From: an uncultured Gammaproteobacteria bacterium
GTDB lineage: Bacteria; Pseudomonadota; Gammaproteobacteria; Xanthomonadales; Rhodanobacteraceae
Length of the DNA stretch: 64,000 bases
Assembly: GCA_963834755.1 (NCBI GenBank)
Contig: CAWICQ010000001.1
Coordinates: 59,566 to 123,565, forward strand
Reading direction: 5' to 3'
The first letter of the stretch is position 1, and the number at the start of each line of letters is the position of its first letter. This document shows positions 9,229 to 18,905 of this stretch, piece by piece. The position numbers and the translations under genes are program-made. The notes beneath the pieces are model-generated. The model saw nothing but the letters and a program-made list of their open reading frames with translations. It did no database searches and was not told the origin of the DNA.

Positions 9229-10053
9229 TCAGTCGTCGTCGTTCGGCACTGAAACCTTGCCGCGCACATTGCGGTGCTCGATGTCGCCCGAGCCTTTGGC
9301 ACCGACGCGGAAATTGCCGTTGACGCCGTCGACGTGGACATCGCCCGAGCCGATCGACTCGACCGTCACGTCGTTGGCCGCGTCGGTGACGGATACATCG
9401 CCCGAACCGACGTCGCCGATGCTGACGCTACCGACGGTATCGAAGACCAGGTCGCCCGAGCCCGAGCGCGCGACGCCGACGGGCCCGTGCACGTCGCGCA
9501 GCGAAATGTCGCCGGAAGACGTTCCGCGAACGTCGACGCTGCCGATGTCCTCGCCGCGTACGTCGCCGGAGCTGACTTGGACGGCAAGCGTGCCGGCGAT
9601 GTGGTCGGCAACGAGATCGCCCGAGCTCGCAGCGAAATCGAGCGCCGCGATGTTTCTCGCCTGGACGTCACCCGACTGCGCCTTGATCGAAGCCGCGAGT
9701 TTGGTCGGCACGCGAACGCGAACGTCCACATAGGCGTAGTTCGAACCCGACCAGCTGCCGTGAAGGTCGTGGCCATTGTGCGGCGTGATGTCGACGCGAT
9801 CGCCGCTGCGATGCTGGTCGATGGTCAATTGATCGAGCCAGGCCGGCTCTGATGCGCAGGCGCGCCCGCGGACTTCGACCTGTGCGAGTCCGGGCACGCC
9901 TTCGATGACGAGATCGCTTGACCCGAGATCGAAGGCGACCGTGTTGAGACCCGCGGCCGGGACGTCGAAATTGCGATCGGCGGAGTAGCGACATTCGGCG
10001 CCCGCGGTGGCGGGCAGGAGGGCGAGCAGGAACAGACTGGACAAGCGCGGCAT
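9229..10053 (-). CDS. Secreted beta-strand repeat protein (DUF4097/adhesin-like)
   Basis: Signal peptide followed by many (S)SGD(L/V/I) beta-solenoid repeats. Confidence 0.8.
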   Translation of the reverse strand: MPRLSSLFLLALLPATAGAECRYSADRNFDVPAAGLNTVAFDLGSSDLVIEGVPGLAQVEVRGRACASEPAWLDQLTIDQHRSGDRVDITPHNGHDLHGSWSGSNYAYVDVRVRVPTKLAASIKAQSGDVQARNIAALDFAASSGDLVADHIAGTLAVQVSSGDVRGEDIGSVDVRGTSSGDISLRDVHGPVGVARSGSGDLVFDTVGSVSIGDVGSGDVSVTDAANDVTVESIGSGDVHVDGVNGNFRVGAKGSGDIEHRNVRGKVSVPNDDD

Positions 10054-10253
10054 GGCGGGCTTCCTTCGGTCGGACTGAATGCTCCGATGCGCCAAGGCGT
10101 GCAAGGGTTTATGCGGACGCTGACGATGCCGACTGCCGCGATTCGCTGAGTGCCGAGGTGAGCCATCCGATGTCGTGCGCACGCGTTCGCAGCGGACACA
10201 TCAGCTTTGGCCCGACCCTTGCTTTGATCCCCGCATTGGCAAGAGGGAATTCC

Positions 10254-10820
10254 ATGTTTATCTCGTCCGACCCGAACTCGCTCGTCGCGCGAAGTCTCTC
10301 CGTGTTGCGCAGCGTGGGCACGTGGGTCGCCATCCATCCGGAACAGACCTACGTCGCGACGAGCATTCGCGGCCTGGGCGCGTGTAAAAGTACCTATTGT
10401 CAGGCCGAGCGCCGCGAGCGGCCCGCTTCGCGGGCCGCAAGTCGCTTGCCCGGTCGACTCGCGCCGTTGCTCGCGGCCGCCATGGCGGCGGTCGGGCTGC
10501 TGGCGGGCTGCGCGACTTACCGCCCGCTGGTCGACATGCGCGATGTGGCAGATCGTGACCAATACGAGCGCGATATCGCGGATTGTCAAAATTACGCGGG
10601 GTCTGTCAGTCCTGGCGCCTCGGCCGGAGCCGGGGCGGTTTTCGGCGCGCTCCTTGGGGCGGCGCTTGGAGCGGCCGTCGGTGACCGGGACGTCGCGATC
10701 GACGCGGCGCGGTTTGGGGCGGTTGAAGGCGCGGTGGCCGGAGGGGCGGCGGGGGCGGACACGCAAGTCCGGATCATGCGCAACTGCATGAGCGAGCGCG
10801 GTTACCTCGTCCTCAACTGA
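10254..10820 (+). CDS. Glycine-zipper lipoprotein (start uncertain, possibly later)
   Basis: LLAGC lipobox, DQYERDIADC, glycine zipper GAGAVFGALLGAALGAAVG, C-terminal RNCMSERGY. Confidence 0.7.
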   Translation: MFISSDPNSLVARSLSVLRSVGTWVAIHPEQTYVATSIRGLGACKSTYCQAERRERPASRAASRLPGRLAPLLAAAMAAVGLLAGCATYRPLVDMRDVADRDQYERDIADCQNYAGSVSPGASAGAGAVFGALLGAALGAAVGDRDVAIDAARFGAVEGAVAGGAAGADTQVRIMRNCMSERGYLVLN

Positions 10821-10870
10821 CGATCGTCGAATCGGATCAAGCAGGACCACATCTAGTGGAAAAGGAAACC

Positions 10871-11074
10871 ATGAACCACGAGATCTTGAAGCGCCTTGGG
10901 CTGGATCATCTGGATGTGTCCTCGCCGGATTTCCTGACCACGCTCAATCGCCTGCAGCAGGCGGCACGCGAGGATCTGCGCCAGACCAAGCCGGTCAACG
11001 ATCCGCAGTTCACCGGTCCGGTCGAGGATGTGCCGTTCCCCGGATTCGACTGGATGCCGCTCGGCCTGGAATGA
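10871..11074 (+). CDS. Small hypothetical protein (67 aa)
   Basis: Strong AAGGA RBS and host-like codon usage; no family recognised. Confidence 0.5.
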   Translation: MNHEILKRLGLDHLDVSSPDFLTTLNRLQQAAREDLRQTKPVNDPQFTGPVEDVPFPGFDWMPLGLE

Positions 11075-11339
11075 GGGCGGCCGCGGCCTCCCCCGTGGCA
11101 CGCAAAATGCTTGACTTAAGACAAACGCAAACCGGTCAAGCCGCCATGTACAACAACGTCAGCGAGTTCCCCGTAGATCATCTGTCCGACCGCGAGCTGC
11201 GCTTGCGCGAATGGGAAGTGGTGATGGCCGGCGGTTACGGATCGTCCGAGCACAAGCGTCTGCAGAATGAGATGTGGCGTCGCACGTCGAACATGTATGC
11301 GCCGGCGCAAGCTCGCACCACGCACTGATTCGGCATCGC

Positions 11340-11593
11340 GTTATTCCGCATCGCGTCAATCGGCATCGATTGAATCCGCATTTCGCGTCGCACGGCCGAC
11401 TCGACGCCCGCGTGATCTCCGCCAGATAGCCATCGACTTGCGTACCCGGCGGCGAAACGAACGCGAACGTCTTGTATGCGCTGAAATTTGCCGAATGGTG
11501 GTAATCGGATCGCACCTTGGGACCGGCCGCGATGGCCGAAACGGCGATGACGGCGGCAAGCGCGGCGGTTACCAGTGATTCGCGCATTTTCAT
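11340..11593 (-). pseudogene. Truncated, frameshifted DUF4136-like periplasmic protein
   Basis: Signal peptide + GPKVRSDYHHSANFSAYKTFAF...AEIT, then a frameshift to GVESAVRREM; similarity is lost afterwards. Left limit approximate. Confidence 0.55.
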
Positions 11594-11933
11594 CGACGGT
11601 CTCCCCAGTGATGTGCTGACCGTTCGCGTCAGCGGCGAACCCGAGAGACCCGATTGATGTCGCAGTCTCCCGGCGCGAGGATCGCCCGGCGACGAGGGCG
11701 GCACAGTTCTGCCGCCGATCCACGAGCGGACCCAGACCAGGCGATCACGAAGGGGGACGCCTGAGCAGCCCAAGCGTCGCAATCCGGACCTACGACGATT
11801 CGTAACACGCCGATGCTACGGTCCGCCGGGGCCGCCACGGGTCTGTGGAATCCGCGGGGGCGGGCAACGCGCTCTTTGGCGGCAATTCGCGGTCCCGGCT
11901 CGGTGCTATCGCAAATGAAGAGATCGAACCTCG

Positions 11934-13136
11934 ATGAACATCCTGATGCTGTCCGACGTCTATTTCCCCCGCGTCAACGGTGTGTCGACATCGATGCAGA
12001 CGTTCTGCCGCGAGCTCGTCGGATTCGGCCATCACGTCACCATCGTTGCACCGGACTATGGCATCCCCGACGACGACTCGGAATTCGAAATAGTCCGGCT
12101 GCCGTCGCGCCGCATCTTCTTCGATCCGGAAGATCGGCTGATCAGGAAATCCGCGGCGCGCAAGATCGTGTCGGAGCTGGCGCGCAGATCCTGGGACGTC
12201 ATTCATATCCACACGCCGTTTCGCGCACATCAGATCGGCGTCGAACTCGCGCGAAGGACCGCTCGGCCGACCGTGGAGAGCTATCACACCTATTTCGAGG
12301 AATACGTCGCCAATTATCTGCCGTGGTTTCCGCCGAAGGTGCTGCGGTTTTTCGTCCGGCGATTTTCGCGCCGTCTGTGCGAAAGCGTCGATCATCTGAT
12401 CGTGCCTACGACCGAAATGGCGGACGTGCTGCGCAGCTACGGCATCGGCACGGCGTCGACCGTGGTTCCGACCGGAATTCGCCTCGAAGAGTTTGCGCGT
12501 GGAGATGCCGCGCGCTTTCGCCATGCGCACGGTTTCGGCGCGGCACAGCTTCTGCTGCTTACTGTGAGCCGGCTCGCGATCGAGAAGAACATCGACTTCC
12601 TGCTCGAAGTCGCCCGGATTCTCAAGAGCGAATTCGATGACTTCGTCTTCGTCATCGCAGGCGAGGGCCCCGACGCGCCGCGTCTCGGCCGCTTGACGCG
12701 AGCGCTCGGGCTCGACAAGCACGTGCGTTTTCTCGGCAATCTCGATCGATATACGACGCTGGTCGATTGCTACAGCGCCGCCGACGTTTTCATGTTTGCG
12801 TCCAGCACCGAGACGCAAGGACTGGTGCTGATCGAAGCGATGGCCTGTGGCGCCCCGATCGTCTCGACGGCCGTGATGGGCACGGCGACCGTGCTGCGCG
12901 ATACTCGCAGCGCGTTGATCAGCGAGGGCCGCGTCGAGGTCTTCGCAGCCAATGTCGCCAGATTGCTGCGCTCGCCCGAGGAGCGCGCCGCGCTATCGGC
13001 TTGCGGCCCGCTCGACGCGGAAAAATGGAGCGCTGGCGCGTTGATGCGCAAAGTGATCGGAATGTACGAGCATTTGGTGAAGTCGCGTTCGAGCGAAACG
13101 CCACATGTTGCAGTCGAGGCGTCGCCCGCGGCTTGA
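11934..13136 (+). CDS. Glycosyltransferase family 4 (diacylglycerol glycosyltransferase-like)
   Basis: SDVYFPRVNGV, HIHTPF, SYHTYFEEY, EKNID, ETQGLVLIEAMACG. Confidence 0.9.
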   Translation: MNILMLSDVYFPRVNGVSTSMQTFCRELVGFGHHVTIVAPDYGIPDDDSEFEIVRLPSRRIFFDPEDRLIRKSAARKIVSELARRSWDVIHIHTPFRAHQIGVELARRTARPTVESYHTYFEEYVANYLPWFPPKVLRFFVRRFSRRLCESVDHLIVPTTEMADVLRSYGIGTASTVVPTGIRLEEFARGDAARFRHAHGFGAAQLLLLTVSRLAIEKNIDFLLEVARILKSEFDDFVFVIAGEGPDAPRLGRLTRALGLDKHVRFLGNLDRYTTLVDCYSAADVFMFASSTETQGLVLIEAMACGAPIVSTAVMGTATVLRDTRSALISEGRVEVFAANVARLLRSPEERAALSACGPLDAEKWSAGALMRKVIGMYEHLVKSRSSETPHVAVEASPAA

Positions 13137-13365
13137 TCCGTGAGATATCGCACGTGCCTGCGTCGCGTTGCGACGATCGTGATGGCATCACATGCCGCAC
13201 TCTTGGATTCGACGCGAACCAACGTTCCGCATGGCGTCCGCATGAAGCGCTGACCGATACGGCTGTCCGCGTCGTCTCCGCATTCTCGTAATAGCGGCAG
13301 GGTTCGTCCTCCGCCGCATCCCGAACGTGCTCACTGCACCCGAAAACTATCCAGTGGAGAAACGC

Positions 13366-13638
13366 ATGAAACGACACGCTGCCGTTGCTTCAATGTTGCT
13401 GGCCGGCGGTTTGGCTTTGTCCAGCACCGCATCATTTGCGGCTCGCACGCAGCCCCCGCCGCATATCTATCCGCCCGGTCCTTCCGGCGCAGGCCAGCCA
13501 TCGCAAGCCGCGCAGGCTCGCAAAATCAATTCCGCGCCGGCACCGCGTCGCAGTCAGCAGACGCCGAACGGACGCATGTACCCGCCCGGTCCATCGGCAC
13601 ATGAGGCGCCGCGGCCTTCCGGTGATTCGGCCGGTTGA
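13366..13638 (+). CDS. Small secreted Pro-rich protein
   Basis: GGAG RBS, signal peptide ending SFA, YPPGPS motif twice. Confidence 0.6.
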   Translation: MKRHAAVASMLLAGGLALSSTASFAARTQPPPHIYPPGPSGAGQPSQAAQARKINSAPAPRRSQQTPNGRMYPPGPSAHEAPRPSGDSAG

Positions 13639-13730
13639 GGCGATTGGATTCCCCGAAATACGCTTGAGAATTCGCGGACCCCGGCGCGCAGCAACGGGGT
13701 TCGCGCTTCCGCATGCAAACGGCGTCGATC

Positions 13731-14468
13731 CTATGGCGCCGACACGGCGCAATCGAACGGCAGCAACGCATGCAACCACGGGGCGTGGCCAGCAGCGAGC
13801 CAGGGCCCCGCCAACGTCAGCATGGCGCTTGCGAGCAACAGGCTTCCAGCGGCGTTGCGCATGAATCGCGGGGCCTTCGCGAATGCAAGCCGCTGCGCGC
13901 CGAACGCGCCGAGCATCAATGCGGGCACCGTGCCGAGTCCGAATGCCGCCATCGTCGCTGCGCCACGCAGGGGATCGAGCGAAAGCGTCGCGACGATCAG
14001 CACGGTATAGACGAAGCCGCACGGCATCCAGCCCCATAGCATTCCGAACGCAGTCGCGCGCGGAAAGGTCGACACCGGCAGAAGCCGTCGTCCGAGCGGT
14101 GCGATTCCGGCCCAGATCCGATGCGCAGCTCCGGCGCCAGGATTTCGCAGCACACCGAATGCAACCAGCGCGCCGACTAGGAAAGCGCCAGCGGTTGCGG
14201 TGCGCAATGCGGTGCGCACGTGATCGTTGTCAAGCCAGCCGATCGCCGCACCAGCGAGGCCACTGAAAAGGAGGCCGGCCAGCGTGTAGGAAAGAACACG
14301 GCCGAACTGATAACCCGCGAGGAGATCGACGCGCGGCCGGCCATCGCTGCGGCGCGTGGTTACCGTTCCGAGCGCGGCCGTGATCCCGCCGCACATGACC
14401 AGGCAATGTCCGCTGGCGGCGAGCCCGAGCAGCAACGCGGCGCCGATCGTCAGAGCGCCGCCGCTCAT
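13731..14468 (-). CDS. TauE/SafE/DsbD_2-type membrane protein of cco clusters
   Basis: GHCLVMCGG, YQFGRVLSY, WGWMPCGFVY, FGLGTVP; last gene of the ccoGHIS operon. Confidence 0.85.
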   Translation of the reverse strand: MSGGALTIGAALLLGLAASGHCLVMCGGITAALGTVTTRRSDGRPRVDLLAGYQFGRVLSYTLAGLLFSGLAGAAIGWLDNDHVRTALRTATAGAFLVGALVAFGVLRNPGAGAAHRIWAGIAPLGRRLLPVSTFPRATAFGMLWGWMPCGFVYTVLIVATLSLDPLRGAATMAAFGLGTVPALMLGAFGAQRLAFAKAPRFMRNAAGSLLLASAMLTLAGPWLAAGHAPWLHALLPFDCAVSAP

Positions 14469-14620
14469 GGCGGCGACTCCTTCTCATCGTCGGTCAGCGG
14501 CATCAGCGCGGGCGTTTCCAGATCGTCGAACTGCGAATGATCGATCGCCCAGAACAGCGCGGCGACTCCGGCGACGAGCAGCACGATGCTGAGCGGAATC
14601 AGTACAAGAATGATGTTCAC
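14465..14620 (-). CDS. ccoS: cbb3 oxidase maturation protein CcoS/FixS
   Basis: VNIILVLIPLS...FWAIDHSQFDDLE; GTG overlaps the ccoI stop. Confidence 0.9.
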   Translation of the reverse strand: MNIILVLIPLSIVLLVAGVAALFWAIDHSQFDDLETPALMPLTDDEKESPP

Positions 14621-17031
14621 GCGATCGCCTCCGCGAGCCGCGGCGTATCGTCGCGCGTCGCCTGGCGCGCACGCGGCACGTCGATGCGCAACGAATTGAG
14701 GACGACGATAAGCGAGCTCGCCGACATCGCAATCGCGGCGAGCCACGGCGGGACAAAGCCCAGCGCCGCGAGCGGCACGGCGCCGATGTTGTAGACCAGC
14801 GCCCAGTCGAGATTCTGCGCGAGCACCCGGCGCATGCGTACCGCGACCGCGCGCGCACGAGGCAATTCGTCGAAGCGATCGGCCGCGAGCACGAGACCGC
14901 TGGCCGCCTGGGCGAGCGCCGCTCCGCTCGACAACGCGATCGAAACATCGGCTGCGGCCAGCACCGGCGCATCGTTCACGCCGTCGCCGATCATCGCGAC
15001 GACGTGTCCCTCGGCGCGTAGGCGTTCGATATGCGCAAGCTTGTCGGCCGGCGTCGCGTTCGCCTTCCATGCGCCCGCCGCGAGTTCTGCGGCGGCTTCG
15101 GCAACGCGCGCACTCGTGTCGCCGCTCAGGATCTCGGTCGACGCACCGCTTTCGCGCAAGGCTGCCAAAGCGGGCGCAGCTCCGTCGCGTGGCCGCTCGC
15201 GCATCGTGAATTCGGCGACGACGCCATGGTCGTCCGCAAGGACCAGACCATCGCGCGCATTGTCGCCGGGTATCGCGAAATTCGAGCGCCCGAAACGGTA
15301 CGTGACTCCATCGACGATGCCGGAAACTCCGGCTCCGGCCGCGTGGCGTCGATCCATGACGACGGGCAGCGGCATGTCGCCGGCCGCCTCGCGCACGGCG
15401 GCGCCGAGTGGATGCGCGCTGCCCTGCTCGAGCGCAGCGGCCACGGCGAGCGCGGCAAACGGGTCGCCGCGGCGGACCAGCAGGTCGCCGCTCGTGATCT
15501 CCGGATGGGTCAGCGTGCCGGTTTTGTCGAAAACGAAACGGTCGGCGCGCGCGAGCACATCGAGCGCATCGGCGTCGACGACGAGCACACCGCGGCGCGC
15601 GAGCACGGCGACCGCGCGCGTCAGCGCGGCGGGCACGGCGAGCGCGAACGCGCACGGACAGCTCACGACCAGCACGGATACCGCAGCGGCGAATGCGCGC
15701 GAGGGATCGACGAAGCTCCAGCCGACGCCCGCGATCAGCGCGAAGGCAAGCACGCGCAACACGAAATGCCGCGCGCGACGATCCGCTTCGTGCACCAGTT
15801 TGGGTTTGCCGCTCGCGGCGCGCGTCACCATGCGCACGATGTCGGCCAGCACCGTGTCGGCACCGACGCGTTCGACACGTACTTCGACCGGGCCATCGAG
15901 GACGAGACTGCCTGCGATCAGCGCATCGCCGCTGCAACGTCGCAATGGCGTCGATTCGCCGGTCAAGAGCGATTCGTCGACGCTGCAGGCACCGTCGATC
16001 AGCAAACCGTCGGCCGGCACCGCCGCGCCCGCGGGGATGCGCACGCGATCGCCGGGTACCAGCTCGTGCACGCCGACTTGCTCGCTGCCGCTCGCAGTCA
16101 GGCGTTCGGCGGTGGCCGGCTGCAGGCGCGCGAGCGCATCGACGAGATCGGCGGTGCGGTGGCGCGCGCGCATCTCGACATAGCGCGCGCCGAGCAGGAA
16201 GAAGACGAACATGCTCACCGAATCGAAATAGATGTCGCGGCCGTGCGCGAGCGTCTCGACCAGGCTCGCGGTATAGATCAGCGCGATCGCGAGCGCGATC
16301 GGCGTGTCCATCGAAAGATGACGCGCCTTCCACGAACGCCACGCGCCGGCGAAGAACGGCCTCGCCGAATAGAAGACGACCGGCGCGGCGACGAGGAAGC
16401 CGAGCCAGCGGAAGAAATCGCGCGTCGTCGCTTCGATGCCGTCGAAGGTGCCGGCGTACAGCGCGACGGCGTACATCATTGCCTGCATCGTGCCGAGGCC
16501 GGCGACGACGAGACGCTTCAGCGCATCGCGATCCTCGCGCAAGCGCGAAGAATCCAGCGCGGCGGCTTCGAGCGGCTGCGGCGTGTAGCCAAGCTGCGCG
16601 AGTCGGCCCATCAAATCGCAGAGACGCGCCGCGTTTGGATCGAACACCAGGCGCACACGCCGCGCCGGTGCGTTGACCGCCACCTCGCGCACCCCGGCGC
16701 TGCGGCCGAGCGTGCGTTCGATCAGCCAGGCGCACGCCGAGCAACGCAGACCCTCGACGAGAAAAACAATTTCCGCGCGATCGCTCGCGTGCGATCGCAG
16801 ATGCAGACGTTGTAACGCGGGACGATCCCATGCCGAGAAATCCGCGCTCGCCGCGGGGCGCGTCGCGGGCCCGGTGCGCAGGCGATAGTAGTCGCCCAGG
16901 CCGAGCCCGGCGATCCATTCGACGGCGGCGCGGCAGCCCTGACAACAGACCGGCTCACGTTCGCCTCCGACCGATGCAAGGATCGCGACGTCGTCCGGCA
17001 CAGGCTCGCCGCAGTGGAAGCACCGCTTCAC
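14617..17031 (-). CDS. ccoI: Cu-translocating P1B-ATPase CcoI/FixI
   Basis: CFHC...CCQGC N-terminus, CSAC HMA domain, TGES, CPC, DKTGT, GDGVND. Confidence 0.92.
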   Translation of the reverse strand: MKRCFHCGEPVPDDVAILASVGGEREPVCCQGCRAAVEWIAGLGLGDYYRLRTGPATRPAASADFSAWDRPALQRLHLRSHASDRAEIVFLVEGLRCSACAWLIERTLGRSAGVREVAVNAPARRVRLVFDPNAARLCDLMGRLAQLGYTPQPLEAAALDSSRLREDRDALKRLVVAGLGTMQAMMYAVALYAGTFDGIEATTRDFFRWLGFLVAAPVVFYSARPFFAGAWRSWKARHLSMDTPIALAIALIYTASLVETLAHGRDIYFDSVSMFVFFLLGARYVEMRARHRTADLVDALARLQPATAERLTASGSEQVGVHELVPGDRVRIPAGAAVPADGLLIDGACSVDESLLTGESTPLRRCSGDALIAGSLVLDGPVEVRVERVGADTVLADIVRMVTRAASGKPKLVHEADRRARHFVLRVLAFALIAGVGWSFVDPSRAFAAAVSVLVVSCPCAFALAVPAALTRAVAVLARRGVLVVDADALDVLARADRFVFDKTGTLTHPEITSGDLLVRRGDPFAALAVAAALEQGSAHPLGAAVREAAGDMPLPVVMDRRHAAGAGVSGIVDGVTYRFGRSNFAIPGDNARDGLVLADDHGVVAEFTMRERPRDGAAPALAALRESGASTEILSGDTSARVAEAAAELAAGAWKANATPADKLAHIERLRAEGHVVAMIGDGVNDAPVLAAADVSIALSSGAALAQAASGLVLAADRFDELPRARAVAVRMRRVLAQNLDWALVYNIGAVPLAALGFVPPWLAAIAMSASSLIVVLNSLRIDVPRARQATRDDTPRLAEAIA

Positions 17032-17032
17032 T

Positions 17033-17194
17033 TCAGTGCGGCAGCTTGTGCGTCTGCGTGTCGGCATTCGCGATGTAGGCATCGGGCAGGCTCATCGCCA
17101 CGATCGCCAGCGTGAGGGCGCCGGACACGCCGCCGGTGAGCAGGAAGATCAGCAGCCAGACTTCGGGCACGCGATACCAGGATGTCTTCTTCAT
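17033..17194 (-). CDS. Short CcoH/FixH-like membrane protein (53 aa)
   Basis: W(Y)RVPEVWLLIF N-terminus at the ccoH position between ccoG and ccoI. Confidence 0.65.
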   Translation of the reverse strand: MKKTSWYRVPEVWLLIFLLTGGVSGALTLAIVAMSLPDAYIANADTQTHKLPH

Positions 17195-18606
17195 GGGAGC
17201 TCCGGAGCAAAGAAGCGCGTCGTCGTGCGGACCGATTCCGCACGCGCGACATCGCCGTGATTGTGGTCGGGTGTTTCGACGAATTCGAGCGTCGCATCGC
17301 GACGACCGTGGACCGCGCCGGCGGGCGCGCGCAGCGTCAAGGGAATCGAAGCGACCGCGCCGCCTTCGATTTCGATGCGGTGCGCGCCGACGATCGAGTA
17401 GATCGGGTCCGCGACGCGCGCTTCGAGCTCGATGCTGCGCTCGCTCTTGTTGACGATCTTGGCGGTGTAGCTGTTCTCGATGCTGCCCTCCGGCCCGGCG
17501 TGCCACAGCGCATTGCGATCGCGAATGATTTCGGCGAGCAGCATGCTTCGATGCGTGACGCTCCAGACGAAACCGGAAAAGAGCGTGAGCAGCAGCGAGG
17601 CGTAGACGAGTGTGCGTGGCCGGAGTACACGCATGGGCCGGCCGTCGCGCGCATTTTCGGTTGTGTAGCGGATCAGTCCTTTCGGATATGCCATCTTGTC
17701 CATGACGACGTCGCACGCGTCGATGCAGGCGGCGCACGCAATGCAGCCCACCTGAAGTCCGTTGCGAATGTCGATGCCGGTGGGACAGACCTGCACGCAG
17801 GCGAGGCAGTCGATGCAGTCGCCAAGTCCGGCCGAGCCGCGTTCGACGCTCTTGCGACGACTGCCGCGCGGTTCGCCGCGTGCTTCGTCGTAGCTGATGA
17901 TCAGCGTGTCACGATCGAACATCGCACCCTGGAATCGCGCGTACGGGCACATGTATTTGCAGACCTGCTCGCGCAGGTAGCCGGCGTTGCCGTAGGTCGC
18001 GAACGCGTAGAAGAGGATCCAGAACGTTTCCCAACCACCCACCTTGAGACGCGACATTTCGCCGGCAAGCTCGTGTATCGGCGTGAAAAACCCGACGAAC
18101 GTGAAGCCCGTCCAGAGCGCAAACGCGATCCACAGGAATTGCTTGAGCGATTTCCGCGCGAGTTTCGCGCCGTTCCAAGGTGCAGCGTCGAGCTTCATGC
18201 GCCGGTTGCGATCGCCTTCGATCTTGCGCTCGATCCACAGGAACACTTCGGTCCACACGGTCTGCGGGCATGCGTAACCGCACCACAGCCTTCCGGCGAG
18301 CGCGGTGAAGAAAAACAGCGACAGCCCGGCCATGACCAGCAGCCAGGTCAGATAAAAGAAATCCTGTGGCCAGAAGGTCAGGCCGAAGACATGGAATTTG
18401 CGCGCGGGAAGATCGAACAGGACGAGCTGATGCCCGTTCCACGACAGCCACGGAAACGCATAGAACATGCCGAGCAGCCAGAACACTGCCGCGATACGCA
18501 GACGCTGGAAGCGCCCGTCGATCTCGCGTGGATAAACCTTCGGCTGCTTCGCGTAGAGCGCGCCGTCATCGCCCTCGACCAGCGCCAATGGAATGGTTTT
18601 GGTCAT
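17191..18606 (-). CDS. ccoG: cbb3 accessory ferredoxin-like protein CcoG/FixG
   Basis: WCGYACPQTVW, CKYMCPY, CIDCLACVQVCPTGIDIR, CIACAACIDAC. Confidence 0.95.
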   Translation of the reverse strand: MTKTIPLALVEGDDGALYAKQPKVYPREIDGRFQRLRIAAVFWLLGMFYAFPWLSWNGHQLVLFDLPARKFHVFGLTFWPQDFFYLTWLLVMAGLSLFFFTALAGRLWCGYACPQTVWTEVFLWIERKIEGDRNRRMKLDAAPWNGAKLARKSLKQFLWIAFALWTGFTFVGFFTPIHELAGEMSRLKVGGWETFWILFYAFATYGNAGYLREQVCKYMCPYARFQGAMFDRDTLIISYDEARGEPRGSRRKSVERGSAGLGDCIDCLACVQVCPTGIDIRNGLQVGCIACAACIDACDVVMDKMAYPKGLIRYTTENARDGRPMRVLRPRTLVYASLLLTLFSGFVWSVTHRSMLLAEIIRDRNALWHAGPEGSIENSYTAKIVNKSERSIELEARVADPIYSIVGAHRIEIEGGAVASIPLTLRAPAGAVHGRRDATLEFVETPDHNHGDVARAESVRTTTRFFAPELP

Positions 18607-18905
18607 TGCACATCGCGAGCGGTCGGACCATCGCTCACCGGCGCGGTCGAAAGCAGCGCGGTAAAAGAACTTGACGCGAACGTGCAGGCCCAGAACATGA
18701 AGAATCCGATCGTGTAGCCCGCCTCGCGCGAGATCGACACGTGCGGCCAGGTCATCGCCGCGAGTTCCACGGGATCGACGATCGCGAAGAACACCATCGT
18801 CGCCACGCCAGCAGCGAAGAACGATGGCCACGCCACGGCGCCGAAGCGCGCGGCCAGCGGTACGCGCGCGGACTTCGGCTTCGATCGGGCGGAATCCGGC
18901 TTCAT
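18603..18905 (-). CDS. Small membrane protein between ccoP and ccoG
   Basis: Two TM helices (WPSFFAAG...DP...GFFMFW); overlapping start and stop with both neighbours. Confidence 0.7.
   Translation of the reverse strand: MKPDSARSKPKSARVPLAARFGAVAWPSFFAAGVATMVFFAIVDPVELAAMTWPHVSISREAGYTIGFFMFWACTFASSSFTALLSTAPVSDGPTARDVQ

Noticed and set aside
10826-11125. Weak FNR-like matches (TCGAA-TCGG-ATCAA near 10827, TTGAC-TTAA-GACAA near 11112)
   Set aside because: Two to three mismatches, outside the island and not in front of oxygen-related genes; compatible with chance.
14465-16945. 826-aa ORF ending in ccoS
   Set aside because: An Arg/Ala-rich alternative frame of ccoI; only the last 51 codons are ccoS.
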